Below are positions 1 through 13,582 of a DNA stretch of 64,000 bases, piece after piece. How positions within the stretch are numbered: position 1 is the stretch's first letter; every line of letters starts with the position of its first letter. The stretch comes from Marsupella aquatica (taxonomy: Eukaryota > Plantae > Marchantiophyta): the NCBI GenBank assembly GCA_973895155.1, contig OZ316898.1, positions 20,285,292 through 20,349,291 of the forward strand, read 5' to 3'. The notes under the pieces are model-generated. The model did not search any database, was not told where the DNA came from, and worked only from the letters and a program-made list of their open reading frames with translations. The translations under genes were made by a program, and so were the position numbers.

Positions 1-2164
1 AGTCTCCTGCCATTGGGATCTTGTTTCCCCTATTTTGGCACTTTTTGCTATTTCGTACTGTTGTGTTATAATAAAAAGTAACTAATCTTCCTAATGAAGT
101 GCAATCATGATAACTCTCAATAGGACAAAATTGAAAAGTGAAGGTGGACCCAACAACAGGGATGGGAGCAAAGATTAACAAACTGACATAGACTCAAAAT
201 AAGGACAAAACTAAGAATGACTCTCAATAAAGACAAAATAGAAGTGAGGGTGAAAAAACGAGGCATGGAGCTGGGGATGGAGGCCAAGATGAATAAGAGC
301 ATCTTTGTTTTGTAAGATTTTGATTTATTTTCACTTCATCTCTACTTACGTTGGTAATCAGGCTAGTGTACTAGTACAGCTAATGGTCCACATCGTCTAG
401 TGCCTTTGCAATTGGGTCTTGTCTCCAAAGATGGTCCTTTTTTAAAAGTAAGTAACTAAGACAGTCAACACGTGGAATATAGATATCTTAGGGGGAGGGG
501 GGGGTGCAAGCCTAAGGGTAGATTCACAAGACATGGCTGCAGTTTCAACTTTATATGGTTTCCAAGATGTGATTAGGGCCATCCATTGGGAGATACAACT
601 GCATGTCACTTTACAAAAGGTTGGGGACAATTACTTTCTAATGTATTTTTGGAATCCTTTTATGCCCCCAAGGTCATGTAAAGGGAAGTGCAGCTGTGCT
701 AGATTAATTTGCTGAAAGACAAATTGAGTACCTACTCCACCTGAATATCAAGTATTCTTTGGCTAAAGTCTTTCTAGATGTGACAAGAGAAGATTTTATG
801 AAGCACTTGTGGGTCACTATTAATGCAAATGACTTAAAACAGGAATGGACCAAGAGGCCAGAAGAAGAAACCTCCAACACAGGTGGTCTAAAATCTAGGA
901 CAAAAGAGTGCTCCACATAAGCAAAAATTGGGCCCCACTACATTGCCCCCAACATTTTGTAAAGTAAACAGCAACCATTTCTTCTGAATGGGTGGCCCTT
1001 ATCAGATCTTGGAGACAATAAGCTGTCCCCAGCCTCTTGTAAAGCCACCCTCAGATTCTAGGCCACCTCTCTTGGAGCTATATTCGTTCAAATGGCCCCT
1101 AGATCCATTCATATTTTGAGTCATTTGCATTGAAGTGGGTCCACCCACAAGTCAGTCATGATTGCCTCTTATTGTGTCATAGGTAGAAGGGTTCTAGCCA
1201 AAGAATTAGGTGACTTTGAGGTGGAGTGGGTCCCAACTGGTCTCTTAGCAAATTACTACAGCACCATTTGTTAGAGAACTAGCTTTACAAGACATTGGGG
1301 GCCATAAGAGCACTCCCACGGGTCCAGTAAATATATCAACCAGTGGGACGCCTTTGGCCTGTGAGAGCAAAAAGCCCTTTCCCACCAGGCTTGGTCTGCC
1401 TTCACTAAATGGGTCACATTGGCCCTGCTCTTTTGAGGCTAGCACAACACTCCTATTTTCTAAATCAGGTTGATGATGGCCCTAGACTTGCCCACCATCA
1501 CTTGCAAATAGCAGCAATCAGTTTTTGGAGAATTCATCATACAGTTCACAAACAGCGGGATGGTCCTAGCTCCGATCAATGTCCAATGTTGTAGCTACCT
1601 AGGTCTTGTGTTCAGGGGGAAGACGGTAGTCTTTAAGTAAAACTAAGAGGTTCATCTTACTAGTAATGCGCAAACGGCAGTCTATGGTTCACAACCTAGG
1701 GTCTAGAGTGAAGCCTAGACTAGACTGTGACTCTGGGGGGCGTCGTTGAACTTGGGAGTGAGGGTGTGTTACAAGGATTGGGGGCAAGGTGAGTGTTTTG
1801 AAAACACAATGGGCTTGATTCCAAAGTGCCATTTTTCCATGAGTCGCGTAGGTTTTCAGCCAAGACCACGTTCAGTCCGCAACACACACACACATTGTAC
1901 TACAAAGATCTCCTTTTGATAGATCTCAACTGCTCGAACTCAGAGCTATTTCTTCTGTAATTCATTCTTGATTCAGTCCTGTCTACTCTTGACCTCTTGC
2001 ATGGTGGCTTTTGCCACTGGGATAGCTGATATGGTTGTGCCGTCAAATTTAGTCGGACATGCAATGAAGTGAGCAAATTGACAAGGACTGTCAAATGATA
2101 TACTTCTCTTTATAGTACAAGATGATTTTTATGTGACATCATCTAGAATGCCCGCTAGAATGTG

Positions 2165-4125
2165 TCTTTCTCTTTTATTAAAGTACACACATTGGAAGGA
2201 GAAAGTTTTGGGGCATGACAATCTTTTGGGATTTTTGCGTAGAGTATGATTATGAACCTTTAAAAGGAAGCAAGATGGGTTAATTTTCCATTTAACTCCC
2301 TCCCTTTTTCTTCTCTTTAATAATTTTGCATTCGTTTGTTTACTTTAATGGTGGCAAAGGTAAGAAAGAGGGGGAGATATGGAGTGGCAAGGGAGTGAAG
2401 AAATAGGGAAAAGGGGGATGGAAAAATTTAAATGTTCCCCTCCCAGTAGCATTGGGAGACCACACCTTGATCCCTCAAAGCCCTGAGGGGCCATCGCCTC
2501 TCTCGCACTCCCTCTCACCCTCCCACGTCCTTGCTCTCCTCAACAACATAGCTTTCACAACAATAACAACATCATTTTACAAAATAAAATAAAAACACAA
2601 AAATGAAGGCTTCTGTTTTTGACATTTTTGATTCATTTTGTTTGTTATACCTTTTGTAGAAAAATAGTCCCAAATTTTGTTATTCCATCTAACCCTCCAA
2701 CATTCTTTTTAAAAAGTTTTTCTCAAAGAATGCTCCTTTAATGAAGGCCAATAAGATGAAGCTCCTAACACTTTTTCTCCACAAGACCTGTCTTGCTTGA
2801 CATGCCTCATCATCTCTATTAGTCTTGCCTGTGCTCTAATTATTTGCCCAGTCTGGAGCCCAACTCTTTGCCCCCATTGGCTTTTTTTGTCCCCACTTTT
2901 GTTCCATCTTTTGTATCATCAACAATAAAGATTTTGCTTTCGACTCTTAACCATGTATTTGCACTACCCGTTTGAGCTCTATCCCATATTTTTGTGTTGA
3001 CTTGAATTACATAATTTCATGTGCTATTTTGAACAAGATCTACACAAAAAAATTCACATGAAATGAGCAAGAAAGAATTATGGCCGACCCTATTTTTAGT
3101 TTGATTCACTTAAAAGCTCTAGCTTTCAATCAACACATCTTTACCTTACCTCAATGTTTCTATGCAATGCTTTGGCATTGGGCTTGGCAACAACATGGCC
3201 GCAATAAACCGAATAGCCACAACACCCTCATGACCGGAATGATTGCTTCATTTGCCATAATGACAGTGCTCATGGTCGCAACAAAATTTGAGATGTCTAA
3301 AAAACTTTCTTGCCACACTTGCATTTTTTTGTGTTGTCTACATTTCTTTGGCTCACGTGCATTCCTTGGCCTCGCCTCAACATTTTTGCCTCACCCCAAC
3401 ATCTTTGCCTCACTGCAACATCTAAACTTGCCTCAACAGTTTTGTCTTGCCTCAACATCTTTGCCTGGGTCATGTGAACAATTTTGCCTTGCCTTAACAT
3501 GGCTGCAACAACTATATCGTGGCTGCAATGACACATATTAACAAGACTCAATGTCTACCTGGCAAACTTAAGCCTAAGTATATGTTCTTGCTTCACCTTG
3601 ACATCTCTGCCTTGCCTCCATATCGTTTTGCATCTTGACATCTTTTCTCGCCTCAATATCTATTTCTGCCTCAATATCTTTTCTTGCCATAACATCTTTT
3701 TTTTTACTCAATGTCTTAATTTGCCCTGGATCCTTTGACATCTTTTCTTGGCCTGAACATCTTTTCTTGCCTAAACATCTTTTCCCCCTATCTTTTCTAC
3801 CTCAATCAATATTTTTGCCTTGCCTTGGCATCTTTTTCTTTCCTCAACATCCACTTCTGTCCTCAACACCTTTTCCTCGCCTCAAAAAATATTTTTCTCT
3901 CCTCTACCACTTTTTCTCACCCGACTTGAAGTCTTTTTCTCTCCTCAACATCTTCTTCTCACAGTAATATCTTTTTCTCACCTCAAAATCTTTTATCTCC
4001 TCGACATCTTTTTCTTACCTTGATATCTAACCTCAAAATCTTTTTCTCTCCTCGACATCTTTTTCTCTCCTCAACGTCTTTTTCTCACCTAGACATCTTC
4101 TGTGCAACACATGGGCATTGGGAAA
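2165..4125 (+). mobile_element. Decayed larger Helitron-like element with CATCTTTTTCTC-rich minisatellite (5' limit uncertain)
   Basis: Low-complexity array at ~3350-4100 ending TGTGCAACACATGGGCATTGGG. Same architecture as 54080-54653. Confidence 0.5.
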
Positions 4126-4129
4126 CGTT

Positions 4130-4384
4130 ACTTATGACTCTTGGAGTCAATCTCTACTACTTAATTATGACTAATTGAGTCATTTGTTATGATTGGGGAA
4201 ACTCTAGGTGAAAGTGCACAATGTAATTATTAATGAATCCCACAAGAGTCATTCAAACTATTTATTGAGTGGCAAGACAAATGACTTGAGTCTTGGACTT
4301 GACTTGAGCAAGTGAAACAAAGTCATAATTGAGTCATACCCTAGTCCTAAGTGTGGTCATTTTGGGGGGTCTTTTCTACTAGTG
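4130..4384. mobile_element. Single terminus of a CACTA (En/Spm) element
   Basis: Ends TTTTCTACTAGTG (reverse complement CACTAGTAGAAAA), preceded by several direct and inverted ATGACT/GAGTCAT subterminal repeats. Confidence 0.6.
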
Positions 4385-4867
4385 CTTGGGTTTCCAATTC
4401 CAAGATCTAATTAATATTCTAATGATTAGTTTGCAATAGTGTCTATTTCCAGAGGTACTAAAAAACCCAATGAGGGCATATGGCTTGTTTTTTGACATAT
4501 CATCCTTGCTATATACAGTATATTAAAAAACACAAATCTTTTGTGTTGTATTGGTATTATATAGTACACTAAAAAAACAATTCTATATGCTATACTATAA
4601 TTATACTATTATTGCTATGTATTGTATAAAAAAACTTTATGCTATATTACTATATGTAGTAAGCAAATATTGTACACCAAATGTTATAAGAGAAGATGAC
4701 GCGCTACTCTGTATAACACAATGCCAAAGGGCAAAAAATTGCCAAACTGGGAGACATGATCCCAATATATGGCTAAGCAGCCCAATGGGGGGGGGGGCAG
4801 GAGGGGAAAGGGCCCCAAGAAGACCAAAGGGTCCAACAAGCCAAGGGGTCCCCAACAAAAGCCAATT

Positions 4868-6055
4868 AATCTGTGGACCCCCATGTTCATCCAAGGAATG
4901 TGTGTGTGATGAAATGAAATCAATTTTCAGCAAGGTGGTAACCGATGGTTTTGAGTCTCCCGGTGGTCTTGGTGTGTGCTCGTACAAATAAGAACCCTTG
5001 AAAGATAGAGGGGATTGATCTGGTCGAGATGATCTCTTTGGTTTATCGAACGGAAGGTTGAATGTGGAGGAATGGAGTTTTTTGATGGTGTTTGCTTACA
5101 CATTGGAGAAATTGTGTGTCTACCATTCATGATTAATTGTTTGTGAATTACGTTGAGCATTACGGCCACAAGAAACTAGAGGATAGCACTCAGCTGTTGG
5201 CGGAAGAGCGCTTGTCGTTTCGGTGGGAAGAACGCACAAAACGGACGAGCCATCACTTCACATGAAGGTTTTGTAATTTTTTGATTTAAGAAGGTGTGAG
5301 GGGGAGACCAACGATTATTTCTTCAACATATAGGCTGTATTTGGCGTCAACCCATGTTCAGAGTGAGCTTCAATTGAAGCCTAGAGGGACGCAAACAATT
5401 CAAGCTAGGAAGCAAGCGTTGTAGATAAGCGATGACGACGTAATCAAAGAAATCAATTTGCAGCGGCTAAGTTTGTGATGGTGACAAAATTGTGACATCT
5501 CTTCATTGAGAAAGGGAGGTATGTATTTTCTGATGTTGCATTTCTTGAGTCGGTGACGGTCTTTTAAGTGTTTGCAAGTTATACGATCATACGGTATCCA
5601 CCATTCATCTCACAATTCAAACTCAAACTCAAAACTCAATTGAAGATCACTCCTCCGTTTCTTTGACGCAATGTGACAGAATGACAATATGTTCTTCACA
5701 ATCATCTTTCGTTGGTATCTCTCTCATTGAAAGAGAGAGGATCAGGTATGAGCCGTTACTTACGTTAGTTTAGAGGCAGTTGTCTAACTAATTACATAGT
5801 AAACAATTTAAAAACACTCAAAAAGTAACAAAAAACGGTTACAGTGAAAAAATGACATCTCTTCCTTTGTATTCTGGTTTTTTAACTCTTAATACCTACG
5901 GCATGGCGCCCCCAAAATTATGTTGCTTTTGCCACAAACATGAATGTGCGTTTTTGTTACCGTCAAAAATAGGATCTTTCCTATTTGTGGCTAGTTGTAC
6001 TGATGTGGTGCAACCTCGTGACAGAGAATTTGGAAGGGACCTCTCATGGGGCTTC
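4868..6055 (+). mobile_element. Non-coding interspersed element, copy A
   Basis: 4868-5516 and ~5850-6050 match 17287-16646 and 15996-15790 in reverse complement. GGACCCCCAT-like inverted motif at the ends. Confidence 0.75.
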
Positions 6056-7429
6056 GCAACTAAGCAACAAAGACACATATAAATAACCTACAAAGAACGG
6101 AGAAAGACTAACACCCTATTGGGCGGAGAACTGAAATGCCTGATAGAGCTTCGGAGTAAACTACATAGGAGGGTCATGAAGTGGAACCTGCCAAGAGACC
6201 TAAAACCAAATGTCTCAAATTTCCAGTAAAAGTTATGGGAGTCGATTTTCAACTACCGTATTGGAGGTTTCACCTCCACAAAAATGGCACATCATGTGCG
6301 ACGAATGATAGGGTCATTTTATTGATTCGAAGGGAAGACTTAAGAATTTTCTCAGAATAACAATAAGGTCATTTAAATCCAATTTCTAGAATATTCCAAG
6401 AATATTCCAACTTTATAGGGGTCCAAATTAATTTAATCTTTACATTTTAGGGGGTCTAAGGTTCAAAAAGTTGCAGGTGATGGGGAGGCCTCCATATAAA
6501 TGAGACCCTTGAGGCTACGTTAAGGAAAGGCCACGAGCTCAACACTTAATTTGTAATTTCCCTTAATTTAAGGCTTAAATCCTGAAATCTGGAAATCCAA
6601 GACTCTGGAACTATGGAACGCCATAACTGAAAGCACATGGGCTTTACCCTTGACGAGGTGATGGCTGCTGATGCCTGCTAATCAAGAATGGAGGAAAAAA
6701 GAATATAGGGTATGAGATAGGTAACTAAGGCCATAACTACTACCTTATGGGGTGGGTCAATGCTACCTCCACCCTTTTTAAAATTCCACCACTGGGTCCC
6801 ATAACCAGAGTTATGGGATATCCCAAATGGATAACTTTCACTAATGACCCACTTTTGAGAAGCTGGGATATACCACAAAAGCATGATTTTCACTAATGAC
6901 CCAGTTTTGAGAAGCCCCCACTTTTTCCCTCTCTCTACTGTGGACCTTATTTTAACCACCACTAGCCATGACAAAAACCAGGTTTCACCTAAATAGTATC
7001 CAATCCTTAATAGATGGAGCAATTATATGGAACCAGAAAGGAAAGTGGCTAGTGAAAGGAGAAGTGTCCAAGACCTTTCCCATGTTCACATTCTTCTCCT
7101 CTAGGGTGTGACTTTGTTCCACAATTTTGAGCCACACTCTCCATATAAAAGGAGAAATGTCCAAGACCTCTTCCTTTTTCACATTTCTCTCCTCTAGGGT
7201 GAGACTTTGCTCCACAATTTGAGTAACAATGTACTAAAAATGGTGAGAGGTGAAACCTGGTGGATCCAGGTTTTGTCATGGACAGTGGCACTTTAAAAAT
7301 TGATTTATTCTCCTCGAGGGTGAGACTTTGCTCCACAATTTGAGGAACAATGTACTAAAAATGGTGAAAGATGAAAACTGGTGGATCCAGGTTTTGTCAT
7401 GGAGACTTTGCTCCACAATTTGAGAACAA

Positions 7430-7674
7430 TCTACAACTCTAATAAGGGATCCCGCCTTTTTTCGTCCTTTGTCCCAACACAAAAAAGCTCCTAGCTAGGT
7501 GGGAAAGATCCACAACTGTTGGATTTGATTAGGTGTTTTCCCTGACCATTGATGGAGGAAATGTGCACCCATAGCAGATATGTACTCCCCGCTGCCCCAT
7601 AAATGCCCTGGCCCAACTCCCTAATGTATGGGCCGGGCCTCCTTGCACACTGCAACACACCAGCATAGGGCTCG
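7430..7674 (+). mobile_element. Non-autonomous Helitron, copy 1
   Basis: A|TC 5' end, degenerate hairpin, then CTCG|T 3' end. Removing it restores the local tandem unit (GAACAA|TGTATTAAAAATGGTGAAAG), with no TSD. Confidence 0.8.
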
Positions 7675-7696
7675 TGTATTAAAAATGGTGAAAGGT

Positions 7697-8165
7697 AATT
7701 ACAGTAACTGGCTTTGGTCAGTTGGCCAGAGGATGAGCCTAATACGGAGAGGTCCTAGGTTCAATCCTCCCTCTCCTCCCTCCACACGCAAGGGGTGTGG
7801 AGTGTATGTGTGTGTGTGGGTGGGGTGTAATGGTGGGAGTATTGATTATCCCCTCAGCCCCTAGCTGACAGCTTTGGGGTTCTGGTTTAATCCTCCCTCC
7901 CTCTTAGTCTGGGTTCCTCTCGGATCCTTGGGTATAGTCCCCTTGTGGCTGCTGTCCTACATTGAAATGCATGCTCCTGCTCCTGAGTATATGACTTCTA
8001 TCTTCTCTTGGATGGGCCTGCTTTCATATATATATATCACAGTGCCCAAGGGCAAAAAATGCCTAACCCTGGAGACAAGATCCCAATGGCAAAGCAGCAC
8101 AATGAAAGAGGGGAAAGTGCCCCAAGAAAAACACCTTTGCTCTCGGTTGTCAAAGTAAAAAGCAA
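7697..8165 (+). mobile_element. tRNA-derived SINE-like insertion
   Basis: A-box TGGTCAGTTGG (7715-7725) and B-box GGTTCAATCC (7758-7767). Flanked by duplicated GTGAAAGGT (7688-7696, 8168-8176). Confidence 0.6.
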
Positions 8166-9065
8166 TTGTGAAAGGTGAAACCTGGTGGATCCAGGTTTTT
8201 GTCATAGAGGTTTTTGTGATGGACACTGGCGCTTTAAAAATTGATCGCCATCCAGGTTTTTGTCATGGACCTGGCGCTTGAAAAATTGATCGTCAGGTCT
8301 ACTCGACTCTTTCTTCATAGCCATCCAGGTTTTTGTCATGGACACTGGCGCTTGAAAAGTTGATCGCTCGACTCTTTCCCCAGCGGAGTAGCGGACAGGA
8401 CAGACAGACGGGCGGAAGCCACTCACCTTCCCTTGAGCTTCACGCATCACGAGGCTCCGGAGTCGGGAATCTGAAATTCTGAACAGAAGCGACAGACCTC
8501 TGGAACGCCGCACGCCACTTTCCTTCCCTGGAGCTTTTCACGCATCACGATGCCAGGCCAGGCACTGGAGTCTGGAATAGTGGAATGGAATGTCTACTAA
8601 AAGCAGTTTCGGACTCTTGGATTGGAAGACTCGGGAAAGCTGTGCTTTGAAGGCAGTCTGGCGTAGAGGATGGTTTTGTGGTTCGTGTTGGCCGACGCTG
8701 AATGTTACGACATAGGTGGCTACATTTGAGTCTATATTACTCTAAAGCTTGAGATGATAAGCTTGAGATGATAAGCTTGATCGCGATCATAACGCTGTTC
8801 TGTTAGGGTAATGTGACGACATTTGTACTTGTATGGCAGCTGCAGACGTGAGAGAGTGCGGTCCAATTGTCGGGTCGACAGTGTGTTTTGCTTACAGGTA
8901 CTCGCGGTGGGCGGTTGGATTTGTACAGGTTTGAAATCTGAAGAAGACGCGCGTTGTGTGGAGAATTCGGGGATTGGTACAGGTTTGAAATCTGAAGAAG
9001 ACGCACGTTCTGTGGAGAATTCGGGCGATAACGATCGTGCTCAGGATCGAACCGAAGGAGGCACA

Positions 9066-12000
9066 ATGTCGGTCAATATTACAATAAGTCAGCCGGAATT
9101 GCGAAAATCGTCGAGCTCGAGACTGAGTGTGGTCCTTCTTCCAGCACCTCGGTATCCTCCGTCGGCATCCGGGGAGAAAAATGAAGAAGCTTTAGAGACC
9201 CGGAAAGTCACCTTCAAGGTGACAGGCATGGTTTGCGCGGCTTGTGCGGCATCGATTGAGAAGGCCGTAAAGCGTTTGGACGGAATTGTGGATGCTTCTG
9301 TAGCCCTCTTGCAAAATAGGACGCAGGTTGTGTATTACCCGGACATAGCGCAAGTATGTGAATTCCTCTCTCTCAAATTTTGACGCACTTTAAGGGGTCC
9401 TGCTCCATGTTTTGTTTTTGTCGTTCCCCTAGGCTGTTGGCAGACCAAGTTAGGATAAGTGGTCTTCGTTAGTCTTCAGATGTTCGATAAACCTGATTGA
9501 TTGAGTGAAATCCTCATGTTTGTACGTTTCCTCTTCGAGTAGAAGATTGGAAGGTTTTCTTGCACATCACAGAAGAAAAATCTTGGACAGCACTTATGTC
9601 GGACCAAAAAACATTTAGCCCGGTGGTTCATTTCAAATGAGTCTGGAGGTTCTTCAACCGTCTTCTGATTCTAACTGCTGGTTGCTACTTTATAGGAAGA
9701 AGTGATTCGGGAAGCAATTGAAGATGCGGGATTTGAAGCTTCCATTGTGGAAGAGACGACGAGCGGGCATGGCACTGTCATCTGTCGCATGCGAATCAAA
9801 GGAATGACATGTACATCCTGTTCAGGGTCCATTGAGGAGATTCTCAAGAAAACTATCGGAGTCACGAGAGCTTCTGTGGCACTCGCAACTGAGGAAGCGG
9901 AAGTGCACTATGACCCGAACTTGACAGATTATAAGAAGCTGATGGAGGCAGTCGAGGATGCCGGATATGAAGTGGATTTGATAAGTGCGGGCGAAGAGAG
10001 GAACAAGGTGCAACTTAAATTGGAGGGCGTCAACTCTGAAAACGGCATGAAGCTGATTAAGGTCTCTCTGCAATCCCTTTGGGGGGTGAAGTCTGTAGAA
10101 ATGGATCCACAGGGTGAGAAAGTCTCCATCTCTTACGATCCTGACCTCACTGGGCCTCGGAACTTCATCGAGGTCATAGAGCAATCCGGCACTGATGCAG
10201 ATACGTACAAAGCAACTCTATTTTTCCCGCCGGGCCATGGAGGACCGGATAGACGTGTGGAAATTGAGAAGTATCAGAAATACTTCCTGTGGAGCTGCGT
10301 TTTCACCGTCCCGGTTGTGCTTTTATCCATGGTGTTCATGTACATCCCCAATATTAAGCACGGGTTGGATACAAAGGTGGTGAACATGCTCAACATTGGA
10401 CAGCTGATGAGATGGATTTTGTCTACTCCAGTTCAATTTGTTATCGGGTGGCGGTTTTATTATGGTGCTTACAAGTCCCTTCGCCATGGATCTGCCAATA
10501 TGGATGTCTTAATAGCTCTAGGAACCAATGCTGCGTACTTCTACTCTCTCTACTCCATCTTGAGAGCGGCAACGAGCCCAACTTTTGAGGGCACCGACTT
10601 CTTCGAGACGAGTGCTATGTTAATATCCTTCATTCTTCTGGGGAAGTACTTGGAAATTCTGGCAAAGGGCAAAACATCCGAGGCCATTGAGAAGCTGATG
10701 GACTTAACGCCAGACACCGCCATTCTGATAAAATTGGACGAAACCGGAGCCGTGATTGACGAGAGAGTTATCAGCTCTCAGCTTATTCAACGAAAGGATG
10801 TCATCAAAGTACTGCCGGGTTCCAAAGTTCCCACTGATGGGGTTGTGTCGTGGGGTCAGTCCCATGTCAATGAAAGCATGATCACAGGGGAAGCTAGTCC
10901 GGTGGCGAAGCATCAGGGAGATAAAGTCATTGGCGGGACTATGAATGAGAATGGGGTTCTTCATGTTCAAGCCACTCATGTGGGTGCAGAGACTGCTCTT
11001 TCTCAAATTGTTCAGCTGGTGGAAGCCGCCCAAATGGCCAAGGCTCCCGTTCAGAAATTGGCGGACAGAATCTCAAGGTACTTCGTACCCACGGTAAGTT
11101 TTCGAGCATGTCCCTTAGAAACTCAGTCTGCAGACGACTTTTTGATCAATTCTATGCAAAGGCACCATTCGGGCCAGCTCATGATTGAAACTAGTCCTTA
11201 GCTTCTGCTCACAAGGTGTTTATTAACCACTTTGAACTGTATATCTGCAGGTTGTGGTAGTGGCTCTGACAACCTGGTTGGCTTGGTACACTGCTGGGAA
11301 AACCCGGGCGTATCCCAGATCTTGGATTCCAACTTCGATGGATGAGTTTGAGCTTGCTCTTCAGTTTGGAATTTCCGTGTTGGTCATTGCTTGTCCTTGT
11401 GCTCTTGGTCTTGCAACACCAACAGCAGTCATGGTTGCCACGGGAAAGGGGGCCCAGCAGGGAGTTCTTATCAAGGGTGGATTGGCTCTAGAAAGTGCTC
11501 ATAAGGTAGTCATTCAAATCAACAACCTTGACCTTAGACTATTATTATGTAGTTTGCTCATTTTTCGAACACGTTCTCGATTTATTTATGCTAGAGATAC
11601 TGTTGAGTTGTGCCAATTTCTTGACTCAGGCTCGCTATCCTTCAATTCAGCATATTGCATACCAAATGATCAGCTGAGGCTCTGTAATATTCAGCATCCA
11701 TGAACCTTCGAACTAAAATTTGCGGTCATTTTTCCTTATGCAGGTTAAATGTGTTGTGTTTGATAAGACCGGAACTCTGACCAATGGCAAGCCTGTTGTG
11801 GTGGAGACTAAAGTTTTCGAGACCTTTGCTCTTAAGAACTTCTACAGGATATTGTCTGCTGCTGAGGTGAGTCACAGTCTTTCATTGAGTAAACACAGTC
11901 AATTCCGGAGGGCCGTCTGAGTGGCGAATGGGTGGTTAGGTAAGTGACTTTGAGCAATGATGTAAGAGCTGAATAAAATGGAGCTCATGTGACGCCAACC

Positions 12001-13582
12001 TGCTACATCAATGTGGGCGACAGGGGGGAGAGGGGGCTTCTAAAGAGTTTGTGTGTTCTTACAATGAGGTTGAGATGCCTCGACTTACTATTAAATCTAC
12101 TTGATTTGGTGCAGGAAAACAGTGAGCATCCTCTAGCAAAAGCTGTGGTTCAGTACGCCACAAGCTTGAGTGGAGAGTTATTGGATAGGCTGCCTGCCTC
12201 TGATTTCGAAACGATTCCAGGGCACGGTGTGCGCTGCATTGTAGATAAGCAAGAGGTTTTGATCGGCAACAGAAAGTTGATGTCAGAGGCTGGAATTGAT
12301 GTTCCGGTGGACGTGAAAGAGCACATGGAAGAGACCGAGCAGCTGGCTCGAACAGGTGTTATGGTCGCACTAGACAAAAGGATAGTTGGTGTTGTATCAA
12401 TTTCAGACCCTGTCAAGCCCGAAGCTGCACTGGTCGTCTCGATTCTCAAATCAATGGGCATTCAAAGTGTGATGGTCACCGGTGATAATTGGGGAACAGC
12501 AAAGGCCATCGCTGCGGAAGTAGGCATTGAGGTTGTCAAGGCGGAGTGTCTACCGGGTCAGAAAGCGGAGGAGATCAAGAAACTCCAGGTATTTCCAGAG
12601 TCCGCCATTTTAGGGCGAGTCTCCATTAGCTATTAGTCTCTCACTTTGAGCTGTCAATTTTTTAAGACCTGTGGAGACATCGCCTTTCCTTCGATATATG
12701 AGGGCCCCTAGCGAGGGCTTAATGGAATGGTTATCTTCATTGTACCTTCTATCCAGATCGTCTTATTTCCTCAAACCTGTACTACTGGGCATGCGAAGAC
12801 CCGCGATCCCACTTTAGTACGTCCTTTCAGAACAGCTCCATTCTATCATTGTTCTCCCTCCACATTGTTCCACGCATTCCTATTTTCTTTTGCACCCAGT
12901 GTCGTCTCCATTTTCGAATTAGATTTGATTTTGACCGACGATTTTAAAATACGTGTGGGACTCGGAGTCAAGATATGTTTATTCTTCTGTACAATGTTCT
13001 CATACATCCCCCTGATTTTGTCCTGCATCTTCGAATTTGGAGTTGATGTTATCTGATAGTTTCTTAAAAGGATCCAGGGTCAAGACATGCTTTCGTCTCT
13101 GCTTTTACCGGCGCTCACTTTGTTTCGGCGGGTCTAATTTGATATCTCTCACCTTCGGATGTCTCTGTTCGCATGCGCAGTTGGAACGAAAACAGACAGT
13201 GGCTATGGTGGGTGATGGGATCAACGACTCACCTGCCCTGGTAGCGGCAGACGTGGGGATGGCCATCGGAGCAGGCACAGACATTGCAATTGAAGCTGCG
13301 GACATCGTTTTGATGAGGAGCAATTTGGAAGACGTCATCACCGCAATCCATCTCTCTAGAAAGACATTTGCCCGTATACGGCTGAACTACGTCTGGGCGC
13401 TGGGTTACAACGTGTTGGGGATCCCCATCGCCGCAGGCGTTTTGTTTCCTTCCACAGGGTTCCGCTTGCCCCCTTGGGTAGCTGGTGCAGCCATGGCAGC
13501 ATCGTCCGTCAGCGTAGTTTGCTCCTCCTTGCTGCTCAAGTATTACAAGAGACCCAAGAGTCTGGATAGAATCCGAGGCTAA
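9066..13582 (+). CDS. HMA5: Copper-transporting P1B-type ATPase, HMA5 type (~979 aa). Exons 9066-9353, 9696-11093, 11251-11505, 11744-11866, 12115-12588, 13181-13582
   Basis: Two HMA motifs (GMVCAAC, GMTCTSC) and a third degenerate HMA domain. Also TGE actuator, [34 protein letters not shown], and YN...MAASSVS Cu+ site. All five introns are GT-AG, phase 0, and join the frames without stops. The [22 protein letters not shown] segment resembles HMA5 rather than RAN1. Confidence 0.95.

Larger units (their letters stand above)
6966..8365. repeat. Complex tandem array interrupted by a Helitron, a SINE and a LINE fragment
   Basis: GACTTTGCTCCACAATTTGAG occurs 4 times (7100-7425). ATCCAGGTTTT(T)GTCATGG occurs 5 times (7264-8341), plus one inverted copy at ~6966-6990. 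Confidence 0.8.

Noticed and set aside
500-1600. Possible LINE ORF1 (DUF4283-like) remnant
   Set aside because: Only a vague VGDNYFLMYF resemblance. Too decayed to support.
3080-4023. ORFs of 60-150 aa in the F/L/S-rich region (also 54394-54762)
   Set aside because: Artefacts of the CATCTTTT minisatellite.
6966-8365. CRISPR-like array (also 16150-16645, 22471-22612, 23670-24068)
   Set aside because: The intervening sequences are themselves repeated or degenerate rather than unique spacers. Eukaryotic context, no cas genes.
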